In this document: piece by piece, positions 24,701-38,779 of the stretch
Layout: each line of letters begins with the position of its first letter
How positions within the stretch are numbered: position 1 is the stretch's first letter
DNA from: Octopus vulgaris
Taxonomy: Eukaryota
Direction: 5' to 3'
DNA length: 64,000 nucleotides
Assembly: GCA_951406725.2 (NCBI GenBank)
Contig: OX597816.1
Coordinates: forward strand, 125,922,001-125,986,000
Translations under genes and position numbers: made by a program
Notes under the pieces: model-generated
What the model saw: the letters and a program-made list of their open reading frames with translations, nothing else
What the model was told of the DNA's origin: nothing
Database searches by the model: none

Positions 24701-27700
24701 TAGTTTCAAACCTTCTGGTTAATACCTAAGTAAAGTTGCCATAAACTAACAGATTCAACCACTGCACAGAAGTTTCTTTTCAGATTCTCTGAGATTTTAG
24801 ATTTCAATATTCTGAAACTTTTAAGAGCTGCTCCAATTTTTCTGCCTCTGTAAATTCATTGCTCCTGAACCATGTGAAATAATTTACTAGTTTTACTTAT
24901 CTTCTCAAGTAAGGTATTTTCTAACAATTTATAAATAGTAACTACCTTGTGATATTTAAATATCTAACATATACCAAATCTATTGAAAATAATATTTTTT
25001 TTAAACATCACAGAGTTACTTTCTTTTTATTTCTAACTTCTGAAAATCTGGTTTTCATCATTAATTGCATTTAGTCTCAAGCTGATCCCATCTACACTGT
25101 TCATCAAGCAAATTTTTACTGCTTAACTTGAAACACACTGTAAAATATACACTCTTCAACAGGTTTTGTGTTTTTTGACTTCCAACAGTTTAAATAGTCA
25201 GTCAGTTCTCATTTCATTTAAAAATTAAAAGAAAATTCCAACACTCATCAGGCAGCTTCTACTAATCAATTCCTGCAAAGTAAAATATTCCCATCACATG
25301 CCTACAGCAGAATTTCAAATGGTTAAAACATAATTCCATTTAAAGAACAAAGATTTTGTGTTTTAAAACACTAATTCCACATAACAGCTTTGAAATCACT
25401 TAAGAAAATTAGATTAAATTTAGAATTAAAGCAACATTTCTTTGGAATTTCAGAAATAAGACATCTTACAAAACATTTATTTTTTCTAAACTGATTACAA
25501 AATTTAATTGGTTGTAAGGTTAAGCTTTTGGCCTACTGGCCAATGCTAAGTGTCCAAATCTTTCTACAGCTATTGTACTAATAGTTAGACATGATATGTG
25601 ACACTCTCCAAGCAAAGCTCATTATCATTCAAATACTAATCTTATATCATAGTGAGAGAGTTAACAAGAAGTAATAGTTTTTTTCTAATAAAATGTTCAA
25701 TATTGCAAAAATCATTTAATCTGAAAAAAGAAAACATCCAGCTAGCTTAGAACAATAGGCATAAGAGTGAAAAATGTTAAAAAACACCCATGTTCCTTTA
25801 TCATTTTAGTTTATAGAACATTGGCTACAAGAAACAAGTTTTCCTTCTAATAAAACACATGAATATAAACTGGAAGCATAATGAAAAATACAAATATTTG
25901 AGTCTTACATTGCTACAATTACAGTTTGAAAAATTTCTGTTTCCTCATATTTTACCAGCATGCATTTCTCTATTTGTTGTATAAACATTTTTAGTAGAAA
26001 AAGATTATCGTTCAAATCCCCTCTTTCATTTTTGTTTTTAAAAAAAGAAGATACATTTGATAATGTAGTTTTATATACTATGATAATTGTACTATGAAAA
26101 TTACCTGATATACTTGATATATTCAAGGTTGATATTTGTGCCATTGATCCTATGGCTATTGTTTCAGAACTGGCCAAGGAATTCAGCAACAATGCATTAT
26201 TAAATTTTCTTTTTAACATTTTCATATTGAGATATCGAAATATTTAATGCTACTGAAGTAGAGCAGTAACAATTGAATATTTATACTATTTGGTGGCTAT
26301 ATTTCTGAAATAATTTAAGGCATATTTTAAGAATAAACATATAAGTTTATATTGAATTCTGACTGATTTTATTATTCTATATGCAATTTTAATAGAAAAT
26401 TGCAGCATTGAAGATAATCAGGTGAAAATGTTTTCACTAGAAAATGTAAGTAGTTTATGAATGTATAGGAAAATAATTTGATACAAAATCTATCTTCAAA
26501 TTATTGAACTGGAGTATTGGAATTTTAAGATATGAATATCAATTTATGTTTTATCATGATATATGGTGGCATCTTTTCTCAAGGTAAAATAACGACTTTA
26601 TGATAAAAGTTAATAAAGGGATTTAGTTTATCTTTATTTTTCCTGATATAGTATGAGAGAAAAGTCCAAAGAACAATAGGAAACCGATATCAATGTTATT
26701 GATCTTTGATTTAAATTGTCAAAAATGGAAGCTATAGCAAAATACAGTGAAGAAAAATACAGACATTTCTATAATTATCGTATTGAAAAATTTATTTCAC
26801 TTAAATAGCAGGATTTTGGATGGGATAATAGAAGAAAACTTTGATAGTCTCCCACTCCCAACATTCATAGATGCAAAATAGCTAACAAAAAGAAGAAATT
26901 ACACCTGAAAAATATAACAGCTTGAGTTTTCAATTAACCTTTGCGTTAAAAATCTTTTTGGGAGTGTAACTCAATATTATTTTGATATGATGTTCTATAA
27001 TTAATTATGAATCCTTTAAACTAAGTAGAACATCAAGTATAGTAAAATTGAATGTGTATTAGATTACTAAATTTATCTCAATCTATTCATAAAGTCTATA
27101 ACATTTCATGTTATCAGCCTCCAGATTGAAAAATGCATAAGTAAACACAAATATAGAAATTGCTTCCTATGAAAATGCATTTTCCTAAATATCAAATTAT
27201 TTGTTCCTTTGAAATACAAAACAAAAAGTGAGAGATGATAGGTCATTAAATAAAATATATGACAAGCAATTGATTTGTTCATACATATATTCCTTGTACA
27301 CAATTCTGCCTTTGTTCCAACAAGTGATGCAGTTAAAATAAATAGTATAGTCAAATGTGTTCAGAGCCTTAACTAATGTTTTCAATCATTTACTTTCCTT
27401 AAGAACAAACACAAATATTTTAAATAACTAATTCTAAACTTTAAGTAATAACTTAAAAATCTTAAGTTATGATTACAAATATCCAAATCCATTCAAAAAG
27501 TTAGTTAAAAGGCTAGAATCTAATTAGGAAGTCTGTGTTGACTGTATGCACAATATATCGATTATAAGCGATGCAATAACAGAATAATTACAATAATTGC
27601 TCCGAGGGATAGAAAGATAAACTTAAGAAAGAATGAGATAAATAATCAATACGAAATTTTGCATGCTAAAAAAAAAAAGTTTTTGTTCTTTTGTATTAAA

Positions 27701-29559
27701 GTACAGTGTACCAACAATGTAAAAGTCAATCTAAAATGAATCATATTAATAATGCAAGAAACAACTTTTCTTGATACATTTGAATCAATAAATAAAGAAA
27801 TCTAATTGTGCTATATCTTGTAGTAAACGCTTTTTATTTGGCATGATGCCAAAAATATTTCAAACAAGTATAGTTGTTTACATGAATACTCATGCTAAAT
27901 AAACATTTTTCGGTAATCTAGAATATTAATGTTTAGTGATTTCAATTTGAACATTGTAAACAAAATAGAAAAATAGAATAATTCATATTGTATTGTTTCA
28001 CATGTCTTATCATTTTCCCCTCTTTTACTGACTTCCATCTATCAGAATTATTCCTTTTTACTTAGGGTTAGGGTGTACAAAAAATACTTTTTCTTTATTG
28101 TTCATTGTAAAGCATGAACTGAAAAAGTGAATCCAGTTAAAGTTTAGTATTCTGCATTATATTTATGGAAAAGATTTCTTTCCTCCGATTATCAATATAA
28201 AACTTCAATGTAAACTGCATAGTGGAGGTTAAAAAAAGAAAAAAATAATAATCTAAACAAGTATTTTATTGTAGTTTACATTTTTCTATCAACTGTAAAT
28301 GCACATTCTGATATCTTTATATCTATTCAGGAATGTTCACTTACTAAGCAAAAGCTCATCATTTTGAATAAACTGATGAAAATTATTGAATGCATAATAT
28401 CATTTTTCCATATTCAATGACCAGATGGAACAAAGAAATATTTAATCCACATGTATGACACTATCACTAGATCAAGATTATTATAAAATTCTATCATAAT
28501 TCTTAAAAATCAATTAATGCTATCTACCCTGGATATTATAAAAAAAGTTTTCAGTTACTCTGGACTATGATTTCACACCTACATTCTTCTAATTCAAAAT
28601 TATTTTATGGCTTAATCTGAATAGGAAAGACAGTTCTCATGACCACTTTTGCAGGTCTTGCAAGACTGGTTGTGGAAAGGATAAAAGAAACACAACTCAT
28701 GGGCTACTGCAGTGAAAAGCAGCTCATCAAGATATTGAGCTTTCCAAAGACGAGAGACTTGTTTGAATGCTTGCAATTGAATGGGCTTTTTTGTTAATGG
28801 TGCCCAATAGTTAGTGGTGGATTAAACCAAGCAACAAACTGAGTCTACCAACCAAAAAATTTTTAAGTCATTCAACAGGCTTCTATACAGTTTCCATCTG
28901 GTCAATTTCACTCATAAACTTATGGCAACCTAAAGCAATTGTAACTTTCTTAAAGTGTTAAATAGTGGAATGGAGCCCAATAACACTGATTGTGAAGCAA
29001 ACTTCTCATATTGTCTCTATTGTTCTTCAAACTACTCCATCCCCAAAAGGGACTGCAGAGTTTGGAGAGTAACAGCAAGGGTTGAAGAACAACTGTGAAC
29101 ATTTGGTGTGGTGTAATTATTTTTGATCCTGCATTTAGGGCATGTTCTCACTATACCACACTCTAACTTCAATATGCATAATTTCTTTTGACCTTACACT
29201 CTTTCTGTACTGACACTGAATCATTTGCACATCTAAACTCTGAGTATTCTCACCCATATCCATAACTAATACACTAAAGTTCTACAATCTCTTTCCCAAC
29301 TCAATTTTTGCTTAGCCATTATTGTTATTGTAGCCATCAAATGGGTTATCAAACAACTGCCTAATCAAATCAAAACAACTCACATCTTTCAATATAGAAT
29401 TATTAAAAGAATACTTTTTACAATCCTTAGTAATCATAATTATTTTAAAAAATTCAGTCTCTGCATCACTAGGGTTCTGCCAGAAAGATCAAATATTAGC
29501 TTACTTGTTGGCTATCCATAAAGTATTGGGTATATTTCAAAAACTTCATTCTTACTAAT

Positions 29560-30900
29560 AAAAATCAATTGATATCTTATTATTTGACAAATATGAACTT
29601 TTCAGGGTCAATGAGCAATAACAAGTAGAAATAATATAACACCAACCTCTACTATTTTGGTCTTACACCCTTGGACATCTGAGAACTATCAAACATCATA
29701 GTCAATAACACCCACTTCTAATACAATGGTGAAGTGTACAAAGAGATCTCAGGTCTACTGGTCATCTCATACATGTACCAACTGGAATGCATGGTGCTTA
29801 ACACCTGCCATACATGTGTCTCTTTCTCAAGATATATCTCCAATATCTTGATGCTCACCTCTTGGGAGGAGGCAGTCAACATACATCACAGATTCAGCAA
29901 TGTCAACAACCATATCAAATTTGAAATAAAATACCCAGATGAGATAGGTACCCACTTTCTGCAGAATTTCCAAATCAAGATCACAGATTTTTACAGAAAA
30001 GCAACCACTAGGAACCTGTTCATATACTATGAGTCAGCCCTGTCTACCAGAGCCAAAGCCACTCACATATGAAATGAAATCACACACATAAGTGACAAAT
30101 GCACTGACACAACTAATAAAACTATCAACACCAAACAGTTCCTCAAGAACTTTGCACACAATGGCTATCCACCAATCTATAATCTCAAGTCTGAAATTTA
30201 ATTCCTTAAACTGCCCTACTTTGGTAAAAGAACAACTGAAGCTATACAACACGTGATTTGCAAGGAGAGACCCAACAGCCCTAACCCGTCCATTCCTGAG
30301 GAAATTTCTGTGGAGGAATAATACCACAAATAGCATTGTCAGACGCACACTATCCAATTGCCCAGTCAAGAGCTTCAAAATATGCATAAGGGCCTATGTG
30401 GTATATGAAATAATCTGTGGTAAATGTAGGGCATCCTACACAGGAAGCACCCAAGAAATTGCACGTGCAAATAAAAGAACATATGTACATATGTATACAG
30501 AACATATGTGTACAGATACTTTAATAAAAACATCTAAAGTAGTGCCAAACCTAAGATTTTAAAGCATCCACCAAGGCCACTCAACGCAACAAAGGTAATC
30601 TCAGATCATGGAGGCTCTTCTTATGAACAAATTGAGACCAGCCATGAACAAGAAAAACTAGATGAAACACAATGGTTGCTATAGCAACACCAGTGTGCAC
30701 ATGTCACAATCCTCCTTGCTCACCCACACATTTGAGCAACAACTTTTCCATCTTTTAGTTTTTCAACTGTCTTGAAGAAGTGATTATATCCCCAAAATAT
30801 TGAAACAAAAGAGAAACTGTAACTTTCTTATGTTCCTTTTTCTTTTTCTTTTGTAATTCACTTTGTACCTTTCTTACATTGTTCTGGCCTTATGCAATAA
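29560..30900 (+). mobile_element. Decayed Penelope-like element (RT, GIY-YIG and 3' hammerhead relic)
   Basis: NNTHF.YNGEVYKEISG, SRYISNI, NHIKFEI and FYRKAT (RT/thumb); VVYEIICGKCRASYTGST (GIY-YIG); relic TTGAAGAag..ccc-AAAA-tattg at 30772-30802. Confidence 0.85.
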
Positions 30901-31170
30901 ATCTCTTAAAAGTAATACCACACAATGCTTCACCATTTTATATATATACATACATATACACACACGCTAATATTCATGTATGTGTGTGTGTATATATATA
31001 GCTTAGTAGAGTTAGCAGTTGGAATAACTGTCTAAGGGATAAGAATATCTTTTTACTACTAGTATAAATTACCTATGTTAACCCTGGGTATGGATATACA
31101 AGCATACTCTGCTCATAGGATACAGGCAATAACAAAATAAACAAGAGTTTATCAGAAATCAAATTTAAAT

Positions 31171-31321
31171 TAAGCAGAAAATGGAGAAAATTCTTGATCA
31201 ACAAATTGACTATCATCAGTTATTATCATTATTCTTTTTGTTAAAGTTTTGTATTAAAAAAATAATAACCAATGGAAGTTAATCTGTTTGTTGATCAAGA
31301 ATTTTCTCCATTTTCTGCTTA
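31171..31321. repeat. Small fold-back with perfect 35-bp inverted arms
   Basis: taagcagaaaatggagaaaattcttgatcaacaaa (31171-31205) is the reverse complement of 31287-31321. Confidence 0.9.
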
Positions 31322-31889
31322 GTTTTTATATATATATATATATATATATATACATACACACACACACATGTATATGTCTGTATGAATGCGTGTGTGATAC
31401 ATACATCTTTTTCCACATGAAAAAATTATACATTCAATACTTTGAACATAGTTAGAAACTTAGGAAAAGACTTCATATTAAAACAAAATATTCATAAAGA
31501 CCAAAAATAAATAAATAAATATATCTCATTAAGAGACATTTTCAATTTCAATTAAAAATGGACTTCTGCTAAATACTCCAGTAATCATAATCTTGTATGC
31601 TGCATCCTAACTGAAAAGCAAGCATTACTTGGGTGCTTGAACTAGTGTATTGCCTGCATGATAGTGACATATAATCAACACCTGACCAACACATTAATCA
31701 TGTTTCACTTAGTTTCAAATTTATAATTCTATGCTGTATGCACTGGATGGCAGGTTCAACTAATTAAACTTGTTTTGCACAACCAGTGACATGTATTTAA
31801 GTTTTAGCTCATTAAACGTTTTGCTGTTTCCATTTTCTAGTATTTGACCTCTAAACAATGAGCATGTAGCACAGTAATAACATAAAAAC

Positions 31890-31931
<42 letters not shown>

Positions 31932-33945
31932 TCACTTATTCACTGTTAAACATTTTTCCTTATTATTTTTAACATATGTAAATCAACTGTTTAGTTTTCT
32001 AATTATTAATTGATTTCTAATAAATAACCTTTTAAATAGGCATTTGAATTAGATTTACTTATATTTAGATTAGTACTATATAATCCACAACCAAAATCAA
32101 TTTTTATAAACTGTTCCAATCATTTTCCTTTTCACTATTAATAACTAAACATCTACAACATTGATTTGTTTATTTCATTCACCCTTCAGTCTTGCACCAT
32201 ACTTCAATGAGTTCCTATGTTAGTTCTCTTTGCTAAATAGTTATATTTAACAGCCATTTCAAACTGGTTGGATGGACCAACAATTCAGACATTGTTGCAA
32301 AAGCACTTAAACAGAAAAGTTTGTAGCTTTTACTGTAGGCAAGGGAGCAGCCCTGGTGACTGCTTCACTAAAAATTCAGTTACAAAGATAAATCCTTAAG
32401 AATAATCTGTAAATCTAATTCCTTAAGTATGGCATGCTTATACTCAGTCTACGAATACAATTTAGACTTTAATCATATAGTGATAGGTAGCACAGAATGC
32501 TGAACTTAAACAAGGTATGTGTATTCATTTTGTTTTTACTTGATCAAAAGATTTGAATGCAGTAGAAACAGAAAAAGAGGCTCAATTTATTCTTCATAAG
32601 AGAGGATAGGTATTCTAATACAGTATTTAGTGTTGCTGAAGTAAATAATCTTTAGTCAGCATTTAATATTTGACAAAAGGTGTTGTAATTGTGTTTCTAG
32701 ATATTCATAGTTATTGCACAGTTGTTCATTGTGTTATGTGGATTGAAGCAAACTGCAACTTCAGTTATTCTTACCACATGTCTAAATGGGTTTTTTTTAC
32801 CTAAATTATATTTATTTTGATATTTACTTACAGAGTATTTACTTACAGAGCATTATTAGAACCAAGATAATGTTATTTTGAATGATTATTGCATCACAAA
32901 AGTTTGAAGCAGAAGCTTAGGAGAGCTAGATAGAGTTAATAAAATGAACAGTAACTTAAATCTATCCCTAATACATTTGGAAAAAAAAACTGACATTCTA
33001 CCTTAAATGATAATCCTAGATGATGTAAACATTTACAATAACTCCTCAGTGCAAATTCATTTCCATCCACTATCTCTATAATATTAAAATTACTTTTATT
33101 TCTTTTGATATTTAAGTCAACTATGAGAAAAATTTAATCATTAAAGGAAAATACAGACTTTGAACAAAATATTGTAGAAGCAGGATATAATAGGAGACAT
33201 TTTCTTTTCTACATCACTTGGTCAAAAGAAGAGTGGCACATTTTTCAAAACTTACTTAAATGTGCTAAATTCCCCCAATGGCTAAATAGTGGTGCTAAAA
33301 TGAATGACTGAATAAGTTTACCACCCAGGAACAGTAAAAGTACTTCCAATGAACTACCACATCATTTTTGCTTTTCATATTTACCCCCCACGAAATTTTG
33401 GTTAACCAAAACTATGGTAAAAGATGCTTGCTCAAGGCACAGCGCAATAAGACTGAACCTGAAGCAGCATAATTACAAAGCAAACTTCTTAACCACACCA
33501 CTATGCCCAAACACCATTTGCTTTATTGGGATTTAATGATAGCAAAAGGATTACAAGAAAATGGCTAAGTAAAATGGCAAGTAGGTCACAGCAAGGGAAA
33601 TTGTAAAGCTGAAAATAACTAACAAATTCAAAAACATGCTTGATTAATAGTGTTGCAAACTATGAAGTTAGAGCAATGAAGCTATGGAATTCAAGATAAT
33701 GAAACTCAGTTGTATTTCAAATTAAAGTAATTGTAATTAGAGAAAACATTCAACCATAAAACAAATATTATATAAACAAGAAAAAGAGTAATCAATCTAA
33801 TTACACAAAACAGCCCAACTTTAGTATTTATCATATAAAATGTTAACTGTAAAGAATTGCATTTTCAATATCTGTCTATAAAAAATAACCATGTAGCAAG
33901 AAACAGAATTAGTAAATGAAGTAAATATGTCTTCACTTAACTTAC

Positions 33946-34121
33946 TTTATGTATTACATATTCCATGAGATAATGAGCTGGCATTGGGTATGGACAATAC
34001 TTATGTAAGATGCTGCGATCGTAAAAAGCTTGGTTATCATTAACAGTAGAATGGTCAATGGGCATAAATTTGTGCACTGGATCCAGTTTTCTAACTTCTA
34101 TTTTTGCAGCCATATTAGACC
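33946..34121 (-). CDS. Host gene coding exon (phase 1 to 0): (G)SNMAAKIEVRKLDPVHKFMPIDHSTVNDNQAFYDRSILHKYCPYPMPAHYLMEYVIHK
   Basis: ttttactacag| acceptor, |gtaagt donor, 176 nt open, phases match both neighbouring exons. Confidence 0.85.
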
Positions 34122-36928
34122 CTGTAGTAAAACATAAACATAAGAATCATGATTACAATAAATATATAATAAAAGCCAACATTAAAAGAAAATTTATATT
34201 ATGTGCATGTAATATCGCCATTTTTTAGCAAATAATGTAGATGCAAAAAATATAATGTAATGCTTTAATTTACCATCATTTATGCAACAGCACTGCTTAT
34301 TATTATTATGGGCTGTTCATTATTAAGACATTTAATGATCATTTAATGGGAATGCTTACACATAAACAACAAATGGTGTTATTATAATAATTAACATTAT
34401 CAACCCTATCAATCTAAAATAGTTTCAAAACCAATTAAAGAATAAGCAAGTTATATGGCTTTTCTATCGCTTTGTTTGAAGACTAATATTTACGACCTAA
34501 TTGTTAGCTTAGATTTTCATTGCAATATGACAAAGCATCATTGTACTGAACATTGTTAAAAAAAATTATTGTATCAAATAGTAAATATATGAGCAAGAAT
34601 GGGAGAGAGAAAGCTAGAACAGAAATACTGATACTAACAGAGATGCTCTTGCTGCATGCTTCTTCTATATCCCAACCACCTCCAGTACACTCTCCTGTCC
34701 GTTATTTTCATGAAACCTCTTCTTATGGCTTCTCCACTAGTTACCATTCTCTTTCTTTCTATGATGCACAACAACAACACCACCACCACCAATATCCCTC
34801 TGCTCATCTCATATAACTGGTTTAGTGATGTATCTCATCTACTTCCTGCCACTCCCACCATCTTCATGACTCTTACTAACCACCTACCACAACAGTCTAT
34901 TCTATTATTTCTGAAGCACTATTTTCTATTACTCTCTCTTCTGTCACCTTTTAACTGCTAAAAATCTGTTCTTCCCATCAAACTTTCTCTTCCTTCAGCA
35001 CCTCACCTTAAGCTAATCATTCTCTTTTATTCTCCTTCACAAAGCAGTGGTGGCTGATCTATAGTCTTGTGAGTTACAAGTGACCTCACCTAAGCTGGTA
35101 CCACAATAAAATGCCACCAGCACAAGTCAGGTACATGGAATAACATTGTGTAAAGTGGTTAGTGAATTGAGTACAGACAACATAAGACTGAGAAGATTCT
35201 TTACTTTTGCCAAGAGTACAACAACACAATGATAAAATGCACTCATTACACACTTAAGTGGTTGGTGTCAGGAAAGGTACCTCTGTCTACATAAACCACA
35301 CCAAAATCAAAACATATGACTGAGGCATAATCCTTTAGCCTGTTTGAGGGCAGTAACCCCAAATAAGAACTGACTCAGATGGGACAACCAGTCCAACACA
35401 TACAACGGAAAACATATACAAAATGAAAATGATGGCAATTTAAAACCACTTACTAATCCAGAACAAATATGAATATTCTAAATTGAAAGACAGTCACATG
35501 CCAAAGTTAGAATACTAGAAACTATTCAATAAAACAATTTCCATTACCATTTTTCTCAAACTGAGAAGGCTGAGACAGAGATTAGTACATCAATAAAAAT
35601 GTAACTTAAGTGTATTCCCTTTATATCCATCATTCACAAGAAATTTTATTTTCAAATAAAAAAAAATAAAGCAATTGCTTCAAATGAGAAAACGCATTTA
35701 AATATTGACTATATAAAGTTATTTATTCTAAATAGTGACAGTATTAGTTTTTGTAAGCTAAATTCTGTCTAATGGTAGAAAAGAATAACAGCTACAACTT
35801 GTCAGAATACATATTCCTCTATACTAAGGTAGCTTAGTCAAGCAACATTAGGTATATCTTTTGTTTATCACTAAGCTGTAATCCTATCTTAAAGGGTGGT
35901 GAAAGAATATTTTTTTTATGAAATGCCAGAATTCATAGATGTTAAACAGAATGTTTCCCATAAAATAATAATGATAATATGTGAAAGTTCATATTGGTAA
36001 TGAAAACTCAGTTTTTGTTCTATTGTGGTAAAACTACTTACAACTTTTTTCACTATAATTATTACTTACCTGATTAATATGTGTAATAAAATCTGTATTA
36101 ATAATTCAGATATTCTCCAACAATACTCTATAGAATATTGTCATAAAAATATTTACATTGCAGAAATAATATATAAAAGAAAATAGTGTATTTTTCCCCA
36201 ATATCTGAACAACTTTCAGTATAGCTGCTTCTCTTTTATTTGAATGTTAATTCAGAGGAAGGACCTCCAGAACATGTGGGAGAAGGTGAAATAGCTATGT
36301 ATAAATTGGCAACCTGGCATGATTACTGGCAACAGAATATTATACAGAATACCAAAGGACCAGATACTAGTGTTAAACCAAACAGATTGGTTACTACACA
36401 AGAATAAGAAAGATTATGTCCACGAAATTTCACACAGCCAGCTATGATAATAGGCATTTGCCCAAGGTGCTGCTGCATAATGGAATCTAACCTAAAAGCA
36501 TGCAGTTAACTGATTACAAATTGATTTGTAAATAAACTAAAGTTCAGGAGTTAGACAATTCCAGTTAGACAAACATGTTTAACAGTTTGCTTATAAAAAA
36601 CCTTTTAATATAGAAATCTGAGAAATTCAAAAGAAGACTGAAAAGTAATTAGTCTAAAAAGTAAAGAAATAAAAACAGAAAAACTGGGAGCTAAATATTA
36701 TACTGGAAAAGAAAACAACCAATAGGTATTAGTATTCTTAAAATTGAAAAAGTTTAAAATGTTCTTTAACTTAAAAATAATTTTTAGTGTTTTCTTTTTC
36801 AATTTCACAATAATTTTATTTCTTAAAATAGAATGTATACATAGGAAATATTTAAAAAATAATTCTTTGAAGGAGCAAAAGTAATTTGGAATTTTATATG
36901 ATTCTGAAACTAAGATAATTAAACTTAC

Positions 36929-37069
36929 CTCTCTGCAGATCAAAGGTGTTTTCATATTTCCATTCCATGTCAGGCAAGTAACGGACATCATGCTCAACAT
37001 CTTTTACTTTACTGCGGTCTTCTTTAAGAACATTACTGGATGTTTGGATTGTGGGTAATTCTGTTTTAT
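36929..37069 (-). CDS. Host gene coding exon (phase 1 to 1): (D)KTELPTIQTSSNVLKEDRSKVKDVEHDVRYLPDMEWKYENTFDLQR
   Basis: tttctag| acceptor, |gtaagt donor, 141 nt open. Confidence 0.85.
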
Positions 37070-37735
37070 CTAGAAATTTATTAATATTTGTCAGGTAGTC
37101 AATATAGATTCAAAACACTTTTATGACTAAAGATCAGATTAAAAGATTCATTCAATATTTTTTATCACACTTTTTCTGTGTCATATCTTTTTTTTTCTAC
37201 TTATACACATCACACACATACATACAAAATTACAAAACACATTTGGTGTAAGTATTGTGTATTAATAGAAGAGGGAGAAACGGATACAAAAAGGGGGCGA
37301 AATGAGAGACAGAAAAACAAAAGTGGACTGTAGTTCAACTAATCTAATTTGTTGGATCTCAGCTAGTCATCATGTGACAGAAAACAATTTCATTGACTAC
37401 ATACTAAATAGAGTCAAATTTTCAATTCAACCTGTGGAAATGTGGGTGTATACTTTTTAAAATCCTATACAGTGCTGATATAAATCAATAAGAACCAAAA
37501 GGATTTACCAAGAAGTTACATCAAATGACACCTCACTTGAAAAACTAGCCTATAATTACCAATGTATCCGTAAACATAATTCATAAACCGATAGACATCA
37601 TTAAGGTGTAAGACTAATAGCAAGACAGCAAATTTATGAAAATGCTGAAATGCTTAGTTGTCCTCAGTCGTAACTCTGTATTGCTGGTCTCAAAACAAAT
37701 ATGTAAAATAGCTCCTTTCATACAATTTATTGCCT

Positions 37736-37784
<49 letters not shown>

Positions 37785-37806
37785 ATGCATGTGTACATAT
37801 GTGTGA

Positions 37807-37861
<55 letters not shown>

Positions 37862-37876
37862 TGCATGTATACATAT

Positions 37877-38360
37877 ATAGGCTGCGATGGGTAAATTTCC
37901 GCCATTTTATATTTTTAATTTCGTGTTTATGCATTGTTTGCTTTTGATTTTTCGACAACACAATATAGTAGGGTCAGTCAGGCACTGTTCATGAGAAAAA
38001 CAGCACCATGACACAATAAACTCTGCCAGAAATTTGGAAATGACATGCTGTACTGTTTAGCATTCATGCTGGAAGTTCCAGTAAGAAAATTTCAGAGTGT
38101 TTGGGTGTCAATCTGGAAAGAGATGGATGAGTCTAATGCTGAATATGAAGGTACAGCAGCTTGGAAAACACACTCTGATTGTTCTGATGAGAAAAGGATT
38201 CCTGAATTTGTTGGTGAGATTCAGGCCATGATTGACAATAATACCAGCAAGTCAATCAGGTCCATCACCAGGAAATGGGAGAGTCTGAGTTTCTTATCAG
38301 GTAGGTAGAGCATGAAGACATTCAGTGTTCCTCAAACAAGAAGAGAAAGGGCCAATTTTA
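37877..38360 (+). mobile_element. Tc1/mariner-superfamily transposon, 5' remnant (HTH region)
   Basis: Begins at TA. Reads KEMDESNAEYEGTAAWKTHSDCSDEKRIPEFVGEIQAMIDNNTSKSIRSITR..VSEFLIR.V.HEDI, resembling maT/DD37D-type N-termini. Confidence 0.75.
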
Positions 38361-38431
38361 GTATACGTATCTATATTAGTATTATTAGTAAATAACTGGA
38401 GTTAAACACAGGTGTTATTCAAATCTTTATA

Positions 38432-38519
38432 CTTCCAACATATGTTTTTAAGAAAACATTGGTATTATTCCTGCGGGAATAAAATTATGCAAAACAATGT
38501 GATCATCTTGTCAGGGAAA
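38432..38519 (-). ncRNA. Inactivated hammerhead, opposite-strand copy
   Basis: The minus strand reads tttcc-CTGACAA-g...a-AAAAC-atat-GTT-ggaag (G8A, G12A). Confidence 0.7.
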
Positions 38520-38691
38520 AAAGAGAAACAAAACACATCAATAAGCCATTTTAACTGAAAGTGATTACCGCACACATCATGAAGGTAATGCTGACAAGTT
38601 ATGTTTTTATAAAATCTTCCCAGTGTTTTCCTTCATCATATACGGGACAATCACATTTAGTTAAAATGGCTTATTGCATTTTGTTTCTCTT

Positions 38692-38779
38692 CTTTCCTGA
38701 CGAGATGATTACATTGTTTTAAATCAATTTATTCCCAAAGGAATATTACCAATGTTTTCTTCGAAACATATGTCGGAAG
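38692..38779 (+). ncRNA. Type I hammerhead ribozyme, complete canonical core
   Basis: ctttc-CTGACGA-g..acattg...caatgt..c-GAAAC-atat-GTC-ggaag. Predicted cleavage after 38774. Confidence 0.85.

Noticed and set aside
23950-24870. Possible very old minus-strand non-LTR retrotransposon
   Set aside because: Only compositional hints; no motif could be read reliably.
25905-26600. Coding-like stretches on either strand (106-aa minus ORF; plus DIFKVDICAIDPMAIVSELAKEF)
   Set aside because: No recognisable family and no consistent splice sites.
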